Source of the DNA: Macrostomum lignano
Taxonomy: Eukaryota
Assembly (NCBI GenBank): GCA_002269645.1
Contig: NIVC01000872.1
Span: 1 to 64,000, forward strand
Length of the DNA: 64,000 bases
Reading direction: 5' to 3'
In this document: positions 36,901-49,960 of the stretch, in pieces
Position numbering within the stretch: the stretch's first letter is position 1
How the letters are laid out: every line of letters begins with the position of its first letter
Made by a program: the position numbers and the translations under genes
Notes under the pieces: model-generated
The model's input: only the letters and a program-made list of their open reading frames with translations
The model's database searches: none
What the model was told of the DNA's origin: nothing

Positions 36901-37620
36901 TCCTTTTCTCTGCTTACTTAGGCACGATTCAAAGAAGCAAGAAGCGGTAGCCCCCTGATATCTCACTGTTGTTTTACCTTCTAGTCAGATCATGAAGCAA
37001 AAGGAATTGTAACTGTCACGAGTCAACGCGTAAATTTCTTTAACACAATATTATGATTTCCATTCTAGAAGCTAAATTAGACTTGTATCTTTATTTTATA
37101 CTTTTTAGTCCAATAAAGAGATTCGAGATTCTGAAATCACTCCGCTTGCTGATTAAAAATAGTAATTAAAATTAGCGAAAAATAATCAATACTAACGAAG
37201 TACAGTTTTATAGGTAATTATAGTAGACTGATACATGTGTATGTCTATCAATTCATCTGTCAATAGTCCAATAAATAGTCCATACGAGTGTACGTATAAC
37301 ATTTCGAGTCAGAAAGGGCCTGTTCACATATCTTTAAACAATCAAGTATACTACTTCTAAGAATGAATGGCAAATAGTACTATACCTCGTATTTATCGTC
37401 TTGGAGGCAAAATTATGCAAACCATGATCGTAAGGGCGTACTGCAACTGTTGCTGCACAGGTGTGTTAAAGTAATCGTGTGCTTTACAATTTCCCGTCTG
37501 TTATAATGTAAATTTTTATACAAGGGTGGTTCAAACCGCTACTCAATGACCGTAACCAGAGTTCGATATTTTCCGCATAAGATAGTCACTTTTTTGCTGC
37601 AAAAGTGATCGTTAGAGTGG

Positions 37621-40014
37621 CTACTTGCAGGAGCCGTCGACCAGCAGTCGCAGGAGCACGAAGCTGTGCTCGCTGCCCGTGTTGCCACCCGTGGTGGCCA
37701 CGCAGCCGCTGCCGCCGCAGGAAGAGCCGCCGCCGCCTCCGGCGTAAATCCAGTCCGGAGTCCCAGCTCCGCCGCCGCTGTAGCCTCCGCAGGCTCCTGC
37801 CGCTCCTTTTATGGCGGCCGCTCCGCCTCCGCCACCGCCGAAGCCGCCGTCAGCTAGGCTGCCTTTTCCACCGCTGCCACCGACCCAGCCGTCGGCGCGA
37901 CTACCGCCTCTGTCTCTGTACGAGATGCTTGCCGCGGGCGGCGGCGGGCTTGCCAAGCCAACCGGCTCCGCAGCCACCAGGCTAGGGTTTCTTTCGGAAG
38001 CCGCAGTGCTCTGGTCGTTGCTGCGCGGTTGTCCGTTGGCGCCTCCGATGCCCATCTGATTCGGCTGCAACCATTTAAATCTAAAGTATTGCTGTTTCAC
38101 TGAGCGAAATTGAGTTGTATGCTTAGAAGTGCTACTACTTATAGTAGTAACGTTTTGGTGATTTTTAAAGTTAGGGCTTATAACATTTTACCTACGAAGT
38201 CTAAACGCTTCATGAAAAGAAAACTTTCTAAATCGCACCGACTTACATCTTCGGTACCGACAGATCCCGTGCCGTTATTTCCCGCCTCACCTGACTGTCC
38301 TAAAAAGTGAGTCATAGTTGACGATGCGGTATAAACTACATCTGCATTTGATGCATATTGTCAAGTTGTTGATAAAAACCAATTGAAAACTCTCACTATC
38401 GTACTGATAAGATGCGCCTCCGCCTCCGCCAGCAGCCATCAGCAGACCATTGTCCAATGTCCGGTACACGAAGCTGCCTCCGCCACCACCACCACTAGCG
38501 TACTCGTCAGTATGCACTTTGCCTCCGGCCTGTCCGACAACAATGGACAGCTGAGTACCCGCGGCCAGAATGACATTGCCAGCGATCAGGGCTCCTCTAC
38601 CTCCGTGTTTCTGATCTCTGCCAAAGCTGTCGCCACCCTTGGCTCCGGCGGTCTTGACACGATAGCAGCCAGTCACGCTGATTGTCATCTGCTGGATGGC
38701 GCCATGTCGACCAGTTGAAGTGTCTGAATGGGTAGTTATTATATTCGCTAGTAGAACAATAATGATAGAAGTGCCATAAAAGCACTCACAAACATATCTA
38801 ATAAAGCCTAATCGAGTTGATCCATAGTCAACCAAGTGGATAATTGGATTACATATTCGACGGGATTAAAAATTTCAATGTAATTTTCTCGATCTATTTT
38901 TGTAGAAAAGGCAACAAATCAACTTTCAAAAAGTAATTTTTCCCGTGAAGTTGAAGATAAAAATAAGCTACGTAACTCAGTTACCTTTTTTATTAGAGGC
39001 AGGGGGTTGTGTGCATCCTGGCGCACTTTAAGCGACATAGGCACACAACCGGCGAGAGGCATTACTGCCCATTCCGCCGACTCCCCTGAGCAGGCATACA
39101 AGCGCGCGGATACGTACGCAGGCACACACTCACACAGGAGTGTACAGCGGCCCTAACTTTGTATTATCGTTAGGCATGTACACTTCACTGCGCCTTGGGG
39201 GGTTGGCTCTCAAGGCCGTTAATTGCACGAGCAGAGCCAAGCCGAGATTCCAATTCAGCCCCAAATTAATGTGACTGCACTTGGAATCGAGCCTGGGTCG
39301 CTGGCACACCAGAGCAGCTGCGCTACCGCTGGGCTACGGCCCCCCTAGCTACGTATCTCAGTACTCGGTACGTGGTACTCGGTACTCTTTAAATATACTC
39401 AGCAAAATTTAAATCCATGCGCAGTGAGCAAATTTCTTGGGCTATTCTGAAATAAAAGGTACGAGAAAACTGAGGGGTAGCTTTAATCCGTCCAACCCTC
39501 GCACACCGCTCCCCTCACTTCATTCCTCAACTCGCTAAGATTAAGAGACTTCAGCTGCACTCTCAAAAGTGGCGACCACAGACGGAATCTTCTGTGCTGG
39601 CGAATTTTTATTAGGAACTGTGTAAAAAAAATTTGGAATTTTTTATCAACTTAAGTGAGCTTATGTTGTTGCATTTCGTCTCCGCAGAAATCGTTTCTCT
39701 CGATTTTTTTTTGTCTGCAAAAACGGGTATTTTGAAAATTCAAGTCTGTTAGTCTCGACTAAATCGAGAGAGCATTGAAAATAAGTCTCACTCATGACGA
39801 AGCGTCTCACGTTGATTTTAGTGTCCAGGCCCAATAATTCATCAATGTTTTCAATCTTGAGCTCTATCGATTGAGCCTCGGTTCTCAAACGTCCCGTCTT
39901 GTTGCTGGCGACAGACCCTGACACCTCTGGTACCGTCAGCAGCGGCCGGCACAGTTTGCTGCTCTTCCGGAACTCCACCGCAACGCAGCCTTTCACCCGG
40001 CACAGCATCAGGCA
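37621..40014 (-). pseudogene. Paralog B': 5'-deleted copy of B; exons 39792-40014 (partial), 38397-38723, 38247-38299, 37621-38064
   Basis: Homology jumps at ~40014 from mid exon 2 to sequence matching 29640-29685, a ~1.6-kb deletion that removes exon 1. Two compensating frameshifts in the last exon. Confidence 0.85.
38982..39346 (-). mobile_element. tRNA-derived SINE with poly(A) tail and ~16-bp TSD in intron 2 of B'; degenerate partial relative at ~17380-17540
   Basis: Minus-strand A box TAGCCCAGCGG and B box GGCTCGATTCC. TSD AGCTACGTA(A/T)CTCAGT at 38966-38981 and 39347-39362. Absent from B. Confidence 0.85.
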
Positions 40015-40879
40015 AATACATGACTATAACCAATTGTTTTACTATTGATTTACTCATTCGTGTTAAACGTACGAGTAGACAGTTTTTACCACTGGCTGAC
40101 AGCAAAATACGAGTTGTATGTTCAATTGAGAGCAAAATTACTTAATCCCCTTATTCGATTCCAAGCTACAGTTACTTTTGATTGTTAAAGAAGCAACCGA
40201 CTTTGTTCGAACTTAATCGATTAACTTTTTGGAAGAGAACACAAGAAATTCTTTATCTGGTAAATCGTGTGGATGCTTTGACGCACTTTATAGCTCGTAA
40301 GGAGCCATCAATGGAGGAGTACAGTACGTAACTTTACATAATTTTTTTGCCGAAGTATTCGATGTTTATACTTTAACTATTTTGCAAAAAGTACACAAAT
40401 CGTTTTTGCTCCAGACAAAAGTATGCATTTATGAGTAGTATTGGACAGAGATAAATAATCCAATACAGTATAGATATAGATCATAAAGCTGACGCCTTCT
40501 TATACAACAGCTCAACTTTTTAAAGCGATGCGACTAAAAGCAATTGGAGCATAAAGTTAGAAGTATAGACTAAACAAATCGAACCCAGTTCTTCCTTAAT
40601 TTACAAAAACTAGGATAATCCTACAAGCTCGCTGGTTAAAAAAACTCTCTGAATCTAACTTAACTCATGTTACTTAATCCAGATTCTACGATATCTACGG
40701 TATCTTTGACAGCACTAAAATTCTGAGACTTGCTCCCGCATTTATTGACACACCTGTCGTCTAAAGACATTTAGCCCGGCCGCACGGCGACGTCAGCCTG
40801 CGAGAGCTGGAAGCAGCGAGAGGCCTGTTGACCCTCTCGGACGGAATCCCGTCCACCCTCTGCCCTCCGCTCAAATTCA

Positions 40880-41060
40880 CAACCAGCATTTCACCACGTC
40901 ATGAATCAAGAGACAACTGGATACCCCATGAAATCCACTGCTTCACTGATGGGTCCCAAATCTGCATCGTGTCTGGAGGAAGAACTGTGGCGACCTACTC
41001 CCAGCACACCGGCACCTGCTCCACCGTCTTCCAGAACGAAGTTCTCGCCATCAGCTTTAG
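40880..41060 (+). mobile_element. Non-LTR retrotransposon RNase H fragment
   Basis: IHCFTDGSQ...STVFQNEVLAI. Confidence 0.7.
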
Positions 41061-41959
41061 ACAGAGGCAGTGACACTACAAGACACAAAAACACTCTTAG
41101 ACATAATAAACACACTATTTTGGATTGATTCAGCCCATCTCTCTGTCGAAGAAAATTTTACAAAATTCCAGATAATAGTTGAATAGTACCCTCAACAGTC
41201 TCTAGCTAAGCAAGACTGGCGCAAGTAACCCTACATCGTACGAGGGTACGATCGTGCTGGCTTTGCTAGAGGGGACATCGCTCGTGTTATAGGACACTCT
41301 TCGACAGCTATTGAGCGATATATTCAGTTTGACGCCCAAGATCATGTTGAAATATCTCATGCTCTTCAATAAGGTAGTCAGCCATCAAGTCCGCGTCTAT
41401 TTAAACCGAGCTTGAATGCTCTGTTGAAGCTATGAAACAAAGCAACCTAGTGAAAACTAAACCGGCAAAGAAAGACTTAGCATCAATAGTGACTCCAACA
41501 CTGTTGAAATACTTTTGAGTGATATTTACGGCCACTATACGTGACGCTAGGCGCTTACAAGATGCTTCTATTTTTTACTATGCTAAACTTCCTGTTGTAT
41601 ACGGTTTTGTTATTTTAAATTTTTTTGAATTCTTTAATTTTTGATCAGTTAAAATGTTAGCTTAAATTTGTTCAACTGTAGCAGGACTGAGAACAATGAC
41701 AGCTGAGGAGAACTGGATGGTTCTCAGTCCTACACCGATAAATTACCATAAGGAGTTGTTGTTCCTCAGATTGGGAAAGAGGCGAGATCGAAATGCACTT
41801 TCTGTAGGTCAATAAAAAGGAATAGAGAATTCTTTCGTATATTTTCAGCAACATCGAAGAGAAAAAACATCTGCGTTGGGCAAACTGACTATTATATAGC
41901 ATATGTATATGCAGGCAAGTGTGCCAAGAGTTACAAGCGTGACGTTATGGTCTTGACAT

Positions 41960-42570
41960 AAGGAACGCATAAGTACGTATAAAGTAAACCTGGGTAAACA
42001 TGACTAAATAGGCAAACTTGAGTAAATAGGCAAACATGAGTAAATAGGCAAACTTGAGTAAATAGGCAAACATGAGTAAATAGGCAAACTTGAGTAAATA
42101 GGCAAACATGAGTAAATAGGCAAACTTGAGTAAATAGGCAAACATGAGTAAATAGGCAAACTTGAGTAAATAGGCAAACATGAGTAAATAGGCAAACTTG
42201 AGTAAATAGGCAAACATGAGTAAATAGGCAAACTTGAGTAAATAGGCAAACATGAGTAAATAGGCAAACTTGAGTAAATAGGCAAACATGAGTAAATAGG
42301 CAAACTTGAGTAGATAGGCAAACATAAGTACATAAGCAAACGTGAGTAAATAGGCAAACTTGGGTAAATAGGTTAACATGGGTACGTAGGTGCACATTTA
42401 GTGTAGTTGGATGAGTAAATTGGCAAACATGAGTAAATAGGCAAACATTTTGGAAATGTACGTAGGTAAACCTATGCACATAGATAAACATGAATAAGTA
42501 GGCAAGCATGAGTAAATAGGCAAACTTGAGTAAACAGGCAAACTTGAGTAGATAGGTAAACGTAGGTACA
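41960..42570. repeat. 20-bp minisatellite gagtaaataggcaaac(at/tt) with strict 40-bp alternation in the core (~42006-42320), right arm only
   Basis: Direct read. Confidence 0.95.
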
Positions 42571-42995
42571 TATGTAAACATTATAATATGTAAACATTAG
42601 CGGGACATCTAAAAAAATCCTACATTTCTGTGTCTTTAGTAAAGATATGATCGAATAAAACATGTTGCAGTCACTGATATCTAGAATAATTGTATATGTA
42701 GTATATTGCTACATTATTACTAATATGTAGGATTTTTGGTTATACGAGTGGTATCGGCTTCGCATAACCTACGCTCGTAGGTACTATGCCTACTTCTTAA
42801 CCATCTCTTTACCTGAGAATCTGGCACCCCAGTTAATCCCCCGTTAATTTCCCGTTAATTTCCCGAAGATTCAATTATTATTTCCCCGTGACGCTGTCAT
42901 CTTGCTCCCGGTTCCCCTGGCTTTGGTTTGATGCATAAGTTTCTAAACAAAAATCATATTTTGCTTTGACTGTAATGAGTGTTAATTTCTAGACC

Positions 42996-45900
42996 TCAAG
43001 CGCATGTGTAGGGGATAACAGAATCAAACAGAATCCTAACGAATCCTTGGGCACTGTTCGTGTTGCCGCCAGTGGTGGCCACGCAGCCGCTACCGCCACA
43101 AAAGGAGCCGCCGCCTCCGCCAGAAAGATCGTCATCAAGTCCGGCTCCGCCTCCGCTGTAGCCGCCACCAGCTCCAGCGGTACCTACGGCTGGGCTACCG
43201 TCGCCTATAGCAGCTCCTCCGCCGCCACCGAAGCCGCCCAAGCCGTAGGAAGAGCCTTGGCTGGAGGAGCCGCCAACTCCTCCTGCTACCACCTCCGCCA
43301 CCATTTTCGTTACTGGTCGCAACGGCTGCTCTACCCTTCCAGCCAGCGCCGCAGCCACCGTAATTTTTGTCTGAGTCCGCACTAGACGGATCATTACTGC
43401 CCGGTTGTCCATTTGTGCCTCCTATACCGATCTCAGAGGGCTGTATAAAATGGTTGTGTGTTGTCGTGAGTAAAAAATACTCATAGTTTTAATAAGACAG
43501 TAAATTTATCGAGCATATTTTTTAAATATTTTGACCGTTTTTTCTTTAGCTATATTCTTTTTAATAGTAGACCATACGTATCGTTAAAATTAATTGCAAC
43601 ATTTAATATGCTGCAATTTTTACTATAAGAAAAATATCAAGAAATTACCTCGCTTGAGCCGTAAGAGTTTGAACCGTTTTTTCCAGCCTGACCGGGGCGT
43701 CCTGAAGAAAAGTGTTTAACCTTTTTTCAGTGGATGTAAATAACTTTAGGTTTATTTACATGTAGTACCATTATGCAGTCCGGTGCCACAACACTATAAA
43801 TATAACAGACTAGGCTCGTGCAGAGACTATGAGCTACCAAAAAAAAATAACAAAATATAAATTAAATTTATTTCACCGATCTACTCTGGAGATAGGATTC
43901 ACCATGTACGCGATAGCAAGTCATTTAACTTCAAAGCTGACGATTTTTTTCATTTGTGAAAGCGCAGATGTTTCATTAAAAATTAACTTTAAAGCGTTCT
44001 GATTGTAAGTGTGAAGTCAAAATTGTGCCTTAAAGTTTATATACTTCGAATTAAGATATTTTGGAATATTCTTTCTGATTGGTACGTATTGAAAAGGAAA
44101 CTACTTAAAATGAAAAGGTAAACGAACCATGGTTGTCTCTGGAGGCTCCGCCGCCACCGCCAGCCGCCATGAGCGGCTCACTGTCCGATGCACGGTACAC
44201 AAAACTTCCACCGCCGCCGCCGCTTCCAACATGTTCGGATCTCGCGTGGCCGCCAGCCTGACCAACGACAATGGACAGCACGCTGCCGGCCGTCAGGCTG
44301 ACATTTCCAGCGACCAGGGCTCCCCTACCGCCATATTTTCCTTCGCCATAGTTGCTACCACCCTTGGCTCCAGCAATCTCAATTCGATAGCAGCCGGTCA
44401 CGTTTATCGTTGTCTGCTGTATGCTGCCGTTTTGACCAGTGCTGGTGTCTGAAATTTGTGGTCAAATTAATTTTTACTTAACTATGGTTACAAAATGCTT
44501 TTAAAACGAAAAGCAAGGCTTACTTGTGAAGAGAAGAGTGATGTTGGTGCTTAATATCGAATTAATCACTGCGTCGAAATTCTTCAGCTTGAAAACTTCA
44601 GAGCCAGGCTCTGTCCCCAGGACTCTGGACTCGCTGGATCCTTTTGAGACAGTCACCAGCCGGCAAAGACCGCTGCTCGGTCGGTACTCGAGAGCAACGC
44701 AGTCCCTCATCCGGCACAGAGTCAGGCAACCCTGCAGGGATTCAACTCCAGAGATGTTACTGACTTGGCTGCTGACTCCGGAGTTGATCGTAAGGACACC
44801 ATTGTGTTGCGTGTAGCGAGCAGGATTGCAGGATCCTGCAAAGCGATTGTATGGCGTTAAAAAGCTGCACATATGCAATCTCCTGGTCTCTGCCTCTCCT
44901 TGCAGGACGCCAACTCCCCACTGACAGAAACAGATATGACGGGATGGTGTACATTAGCACCGCCTGCACCAGCTGTACATGTATGCGCCGCACGACTTGG
45001 CACTGATGCTTATCTGGTCAGCCCAAGTCACTGACACCGCTAATCAGGGACAACTAAAACCCTCGGGACGCGAAACGAGCCAATTCATGGCAAAAAATCT
45101 GAGGGGCTCGCTTAAAAGTATTGTTCTATGGCTTTTTCAAGTCTTCTCTGCTATCAGGCAAATTAAAATTGCTTTAGCTGCGGCCAGCAGTGAAGCTAAG
45201 CTGAACTATATCAAGAGAAGCATTTTTTATTCACTTGATGAAATGCCAAGAAAGTGCAGCGTATTTCCGTGCTCGTCAAATTACAACTCTGAAGCCGTTC
45301 GAACACGGACATTTGCGTTTCCCAGAGATCCACAGGAGCGAGAGCGATGGAGAAAAGCGCTGCCAAATATTCTCCAGGTAAGAAATCAGATCATTTGCTG
45401 TCATTACTGCTGCATAATTCCGCTTCAATTCTGCATGCCAGTCTCGTCCAAACAACTTGAAACCCAAAATTTATTATTTTAGCGAGTGACTGACAATATG
45501 GGCGTGTGCGTAAAGCATTGGCCAAGCGATGCTCCAATGGTCAAGAAAAACTCTACCGAAAGGCCAATTAATCCTCCTTCTGTTTTTAATGGAGTTCCTA
45601 GCTCATGTTTTGTTCAGAACCAAGGTACGTAACTTAAAGATTGCTCAACACTTAGCGTCTACTTCAAGTATATCGATTTTGCCGCTCACAATTATCTTAC
45701 TTTTATTTTTACTCTTATTTTAGACCAGGACCGACAGGCCGAAAAGCGCGGTGTTCTTTCTGACGCGAGGTGCGGCGACATCGATGAGATGGACGCTTTT
45801 CAGCTGCTTGATTTTTTGCCGGCATGGGAAAGTTTTCGAGCTGAGGTGAAAAATTCGGATGTCGTATCTCGACATGCACTGAACACAGCTATTCTGAACG

Positions 45901-47586
45901 AAGACGTTTACTTGTTTACGTTAGATAAAGATGGAGACCTGTCTGTTCGAATTTTTGTCTCACCCAACTTTCTGATTCGTGCATTCAAACTGCATACACC
46001 GATTTCGGTTCGAGACTTGTTGGGATTTCAACCGACACTCAAACGCTGGTCACAACTGGATGCTGTTGTCGTGCGGTGCAAAAATTCCGACGCCAATCCC
46101 CAACGTGAAGTCGAAGCGTTTGTTAGTAGAATCAGTGATGATATAGATTCTACTCTGATTTGGATCCGTCGCTTCAGTTTTTGATTCGACAACTTAGCCT
46201 TACATTAGTAAATCGGAACAATCGCCGCTATGACATTTCACTAGTGCGACAGTCAGCATTGCTCTACTTGATCAGTAGTTCGGCTTACTCTTACCTACGG
46301 AAGCTATTGCCATTGCCTCATCCCCGAACGCTGCAGCTGCAACTAGCAGGTACAGGAGAAGTTGGCACAGAAACCGACGCAGCCGATGTGATCCAGTCAG
46401 TTTTTGCTAGTCTATCAGGAGCTCAGCGAAACTGCGTAATATGTTTGACGAAATGTACATACAACCGTCCGTTCGATGTCGATGCCGTCACCTTCTGGGT
46501 CGAGCCGTCGACGATCCGGACCAGGTTGCTAGGACAATTTTGGCCATAATGGTAAAGCCATTACTTGGTGGAAAACCGTTTGTAGTCCGACTATTGCCGA
46601 CATACATTTTGTCTGCGGAGTTTCTGCGAAAATGCGTCAGCCAATGTATTAAAGCAATTAACAACAACGTCAAAACTCCCACCAATACCGACGACATCCC
46701 ATGATAGAAAGCTTCGGAAGTTAGATGCTCAGTAGGTGAAGTTCCAGCGTTTCCTTTATGTACGAGCTACTGACTGTTTGTGTCGTCTTGTCCTTGGAGT
46801 TCCGTATTTGCTTCTATCTTCTTGCCGTTGGAGTTTCATCTTCGCTTTCATCCTTTATCTTCTTGCCGTTGGAGTTTCATCTTCGCTTTCATCCTTTATC
46901 TTCTTGCCGTTGGAGTTTTTTGTTGATATGGCGGTTACTTTATTGTAAATACATTGTAATTATATCACTGGTTCCTATTCTTTAAATTAAATACTCGAAA
47001 TTGCTTCGCTTTACTATTTAATCTAACCGTTAATGCCTGATAGCAGAGAAGACTTGAAAAAGCCATAGAACAATACTTTTAAGCGAGCCCCTCAGATTTC
47101 TTGCCATGAATTGGCTCGTTTCGCGTCCCGAGGGTTTTAGTTGTCCCTGCCGCTAATATTCACTTGGCCCAGGGGCTAGTACACCCGGGTCCGCGGGCCA
47201 CATGCAGCTCAAAAAGCCTCTTTATCCGGCCTCGGGCCCTTTGAAACTTCACAATAGCAATCCGGCCTGCTTAGGGTTTGTGAATTGTGTCTATTCTCAT
47301 TTCTCTCGCTCTCTCCTCTCTCTGCTTCTCTCTCCTCTTCTCTCCCCCACCCTCTTCTCTCCTCTTCTATTCTCTCATCTAATCTTTCGCCTTCCACTCT
47401 CATCTACCCCTCAGCTAAGAGCCGAATTCTTTAGCTGGCGTCGTGGTACGAGAAAAAAGAAATTGCTGACTCTTAGATAATGCAGAATCCCCTATAATGC
47501 AAACCAATTGGCTTACCTTGGGCAGAATCGAAGCAACTACAGCGACAGACCAGAAGCATTAACAAGCCAAAAATTATTGACTCCAT
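42996..47586 (-). pseudogene. Paralog A': copy of A with a frameshift in the last exon and a P element in intron 1; exons 47517-47586, 44524-44835, 44128-44448, 43649-43701, 42996-43440
   Basis: Exon lengths equal those of A except exon 5 (445 vs 450 nt). A net 8-nt loss at ~43280 gives a premature TAG. Confidence 0.88.
45045..47149 (+). mobile_element. P-element (THAP) DNA transposon, internally deleted, 116-bp TIRs, 8-bp TSD
   Basis: TIRs 45045-45160 / 47034-47149 start CAGGG; CCGCTAAT on both flanks. Spliced THAP domain (MPRKCSVFPC...W...CVKHW, ATG 45243), then SSSAYSYLRKLLPLPHPRTL and FDEM.I.P. Confidence 0.93.
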
Positions 47587-49329
47587 TGGGAATTTTTAAC
47601 GCGATCTTGCAAAGATATTTCCGGGCTTTCAGTAGGATGCCTAAAGTTACCTTCTATTTTTCATTTTTGAAGAAATTCTGTGTGGGTGTAAAACATTTTG
47701 CTGGTTGCTAGGGCAGCCACTCGCCATTGTCTCCCCTTGCTTTCCTTCCGAGGCGCCGGCCGCCCTCCTCAGCAAGGTTTTCTGAGCCCAGAATGCAATG
47801 GCAGTGTGGAGACTCCTCGCTCCAGAGACTGTAATTTTTTTAAATTCCCAGTGAATGCATCGTCTTTGGCTTAAGCATAGGGATGGGTTGCCAGCTTTTC
47901 AAAACTCTCTGTTTGAAAAGACTTCTGACTGGCGGCAATTTTAATTGGCAATGGAATGGCTCAGAACAGGGGTCCCCAACCTTCTACTGGCAGCGGGCCG
48001 CATTGTTTAGCAATTTGACGATCATTATTCGCATTTTTTATGCAGAACAATCCATTACTACAAATTGTTTTAGGATCGTCAACTCCATTGACAACTGGCT
48101 TGGGGTGTTCGGGCCGCATGCAAGTAAAACATTGCAGTTTTCTTAGCTGCCATCGTAAATACCTTGAGCTTAGGACTTTAACCGGTAGCCTTGAAAACTC
48201 TTAGAAATTTAGTAAAAATCAATATTGGTTGCTTCTTGGAATTGCCCGACTCTTCAACGAGATAAGGAGTCTTAATTTCCCATTCTATCTATCTTTGTAC
48301 TGTTGTCTGCTTTCTGTTTTTTACTGAAGCCTATTCACTTGCCTATAGCTTTTTCCACTTGGCTTACTGAGGCATGATTTAAGAAGCAGTCGACGTGGCC
48401 CTGACGTCTCACCATTGTTTTACCTGCAAGTCAAATGACAAAACAATTTTTTGCCACAGTAAAATGATTTCCATTCTTGAGGCTAAATTTGGCTTTTTAT
48501 CTCGGTCTTCTATTGTTTAGTCCAAAAAAGGGATTCGAGATTCTGAAATCACTCCACGTGCTGATTAAAAAGATATAAAGGTAATGCATATTGGAGAGAA
48601 ATGGTTAGTTCTTACAGAGTGCTAAATAGTCCACTCGGATAAATTTTTGATTCACAGAAAGGGCCTGCTTACAGACCGTTAACAATCAAATATACTACTG
48701 TAACGAGTGAAAGGGCAAATATTGCTATATCTTGGATGCAAATTTATGCAAACCACGATCCTAGCGTGTACAACTGTTGCTGCACAGTTGTATCAAAGTG
48801 ACCGTGTGCAATCAAATTTATAAAAAGCAAAATTCTATAAAATATAATTTTCTCGTTATTGCGACACCACTCAAGCACCGATACTTTGTTTCTGTTGCTT
48901 TGTTTTATTTTGATTTCTAGAATCAAATTGGCTGGATGGGTTGTAGTTAAGCAGATGAAGTTTGCGGTGCAGGGCGTTTCAGTTGGGCTAGCAAGAGTGT
49001 TCAATGTCTCAATCATCACTTCCATCACCTTTGAATCCTTATTTTATCATCATGTACATAGGGGCACCGCGATGAAGCAATAACAATGGTCCTTGCTGCA
49101 CGAAGTCGTAACGCGCACTCGTGTTTGACCAGTATTTCAGCCCGTTACCTACTATACAGCCCACCATTGTTCATTTCAGCATTTGAATTGGCTTGCTTTA
49201 CTGTGTAGAATACGGAAACGAATTCGTTCGGCTTGCTGGTGCTAATGCGCGGTCGAAGTTCAATGCTGGATTCCAGAACGATGGGTTCACTAACTTTGCG
49301 CTCTTCAACTCTCAGTACGACTCAGTACG

Positions 49330-49960
49330 GCAGTACGACTCAGTACAATTCGACTCGGCGCGGATGATGTGGCCTGCCAGCTGGAGTCGCCGACGGCGCA
49401 ACAGGTCGCTTGGATGGACCAAAGCCGGCGCGGCGATACAAAGCTGCATTAGTTACTTGCTCGTAGCCGCGATCGTGAAGCAGGCCAGCATGCGCCGCGT
49501 CAACTTGTTGCTCGAGCGACTCTGTCAGCGTCCAGGTCTCGGCGTTGTACAGCAGGACGATCTCAAACATAGGGTCAGATAGGGCCGCGGATTGCAGGAC
49601 TGCCCTCACAGAGCGAAAAGCAAGCCCACTGTGTCGCGGACGCGCAAGTCATCACCGCCAGAACCAGAACGCTGGGGTGGACCGAACTGCTGACAACGCG
49701 GAAGCTCTGTCGCCTGTCCATCAGCGCCTTGGCACAAAATCACAGCCTCGATGTCATCTGGCACGCAGAGCAGGACAGCTTTCTGCATGTTGACCACCAG
49801 GAAGCACCGAACGAAAAGCTGTCCGCTGCTACGGTGTATGCCAGCCGTTTGCCGGAAATTTGCATCATCAGCGCTTGCGCTCTTAATTGACTTACTTCAC
49901 TTTGCTGCAGGGGGCTCCGCGCATCCAGCGGAAGCGTTGCCGCCCATTTTGCTCACCCTT
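49330..49960 (-). mobile_element. RTE-clade LINE 3' fragment
   Basis: VLLYNAETWTLTESLEQQVDAAHAGLL; same family as 63187-63720. Confidence 0.8.

Larger units (their letters stand above)
16400..48830. repeat. Large imperfect inverted segmental duplication: left arm ~16.4-33.3 kb, right arm ~37.5-48.8 kb, unique spacer with a GPCR
   Basis: Collinear reverse-complement matches in exons, introns and intergenic DNA, e.g. 18.74k/47.77k, 24.2k/41.55k, 28.05k/41.35k, 29.05k/40.72k, 33.22k/37.59k. Confidence 0.92.

Noticed and set aside
36196-36966. Multiple 120-207-aa ORFs on both strands
   Set aside because: Translations of 20-bp and CT-rich minisatellites.
41931-42581. Repetitive hydrophobic ORFs (FTQVCLFTHVCL, KFAYLLMFAYLL)
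   Set aside because: Stop-free frames of a 20/40-bp minisatellite.
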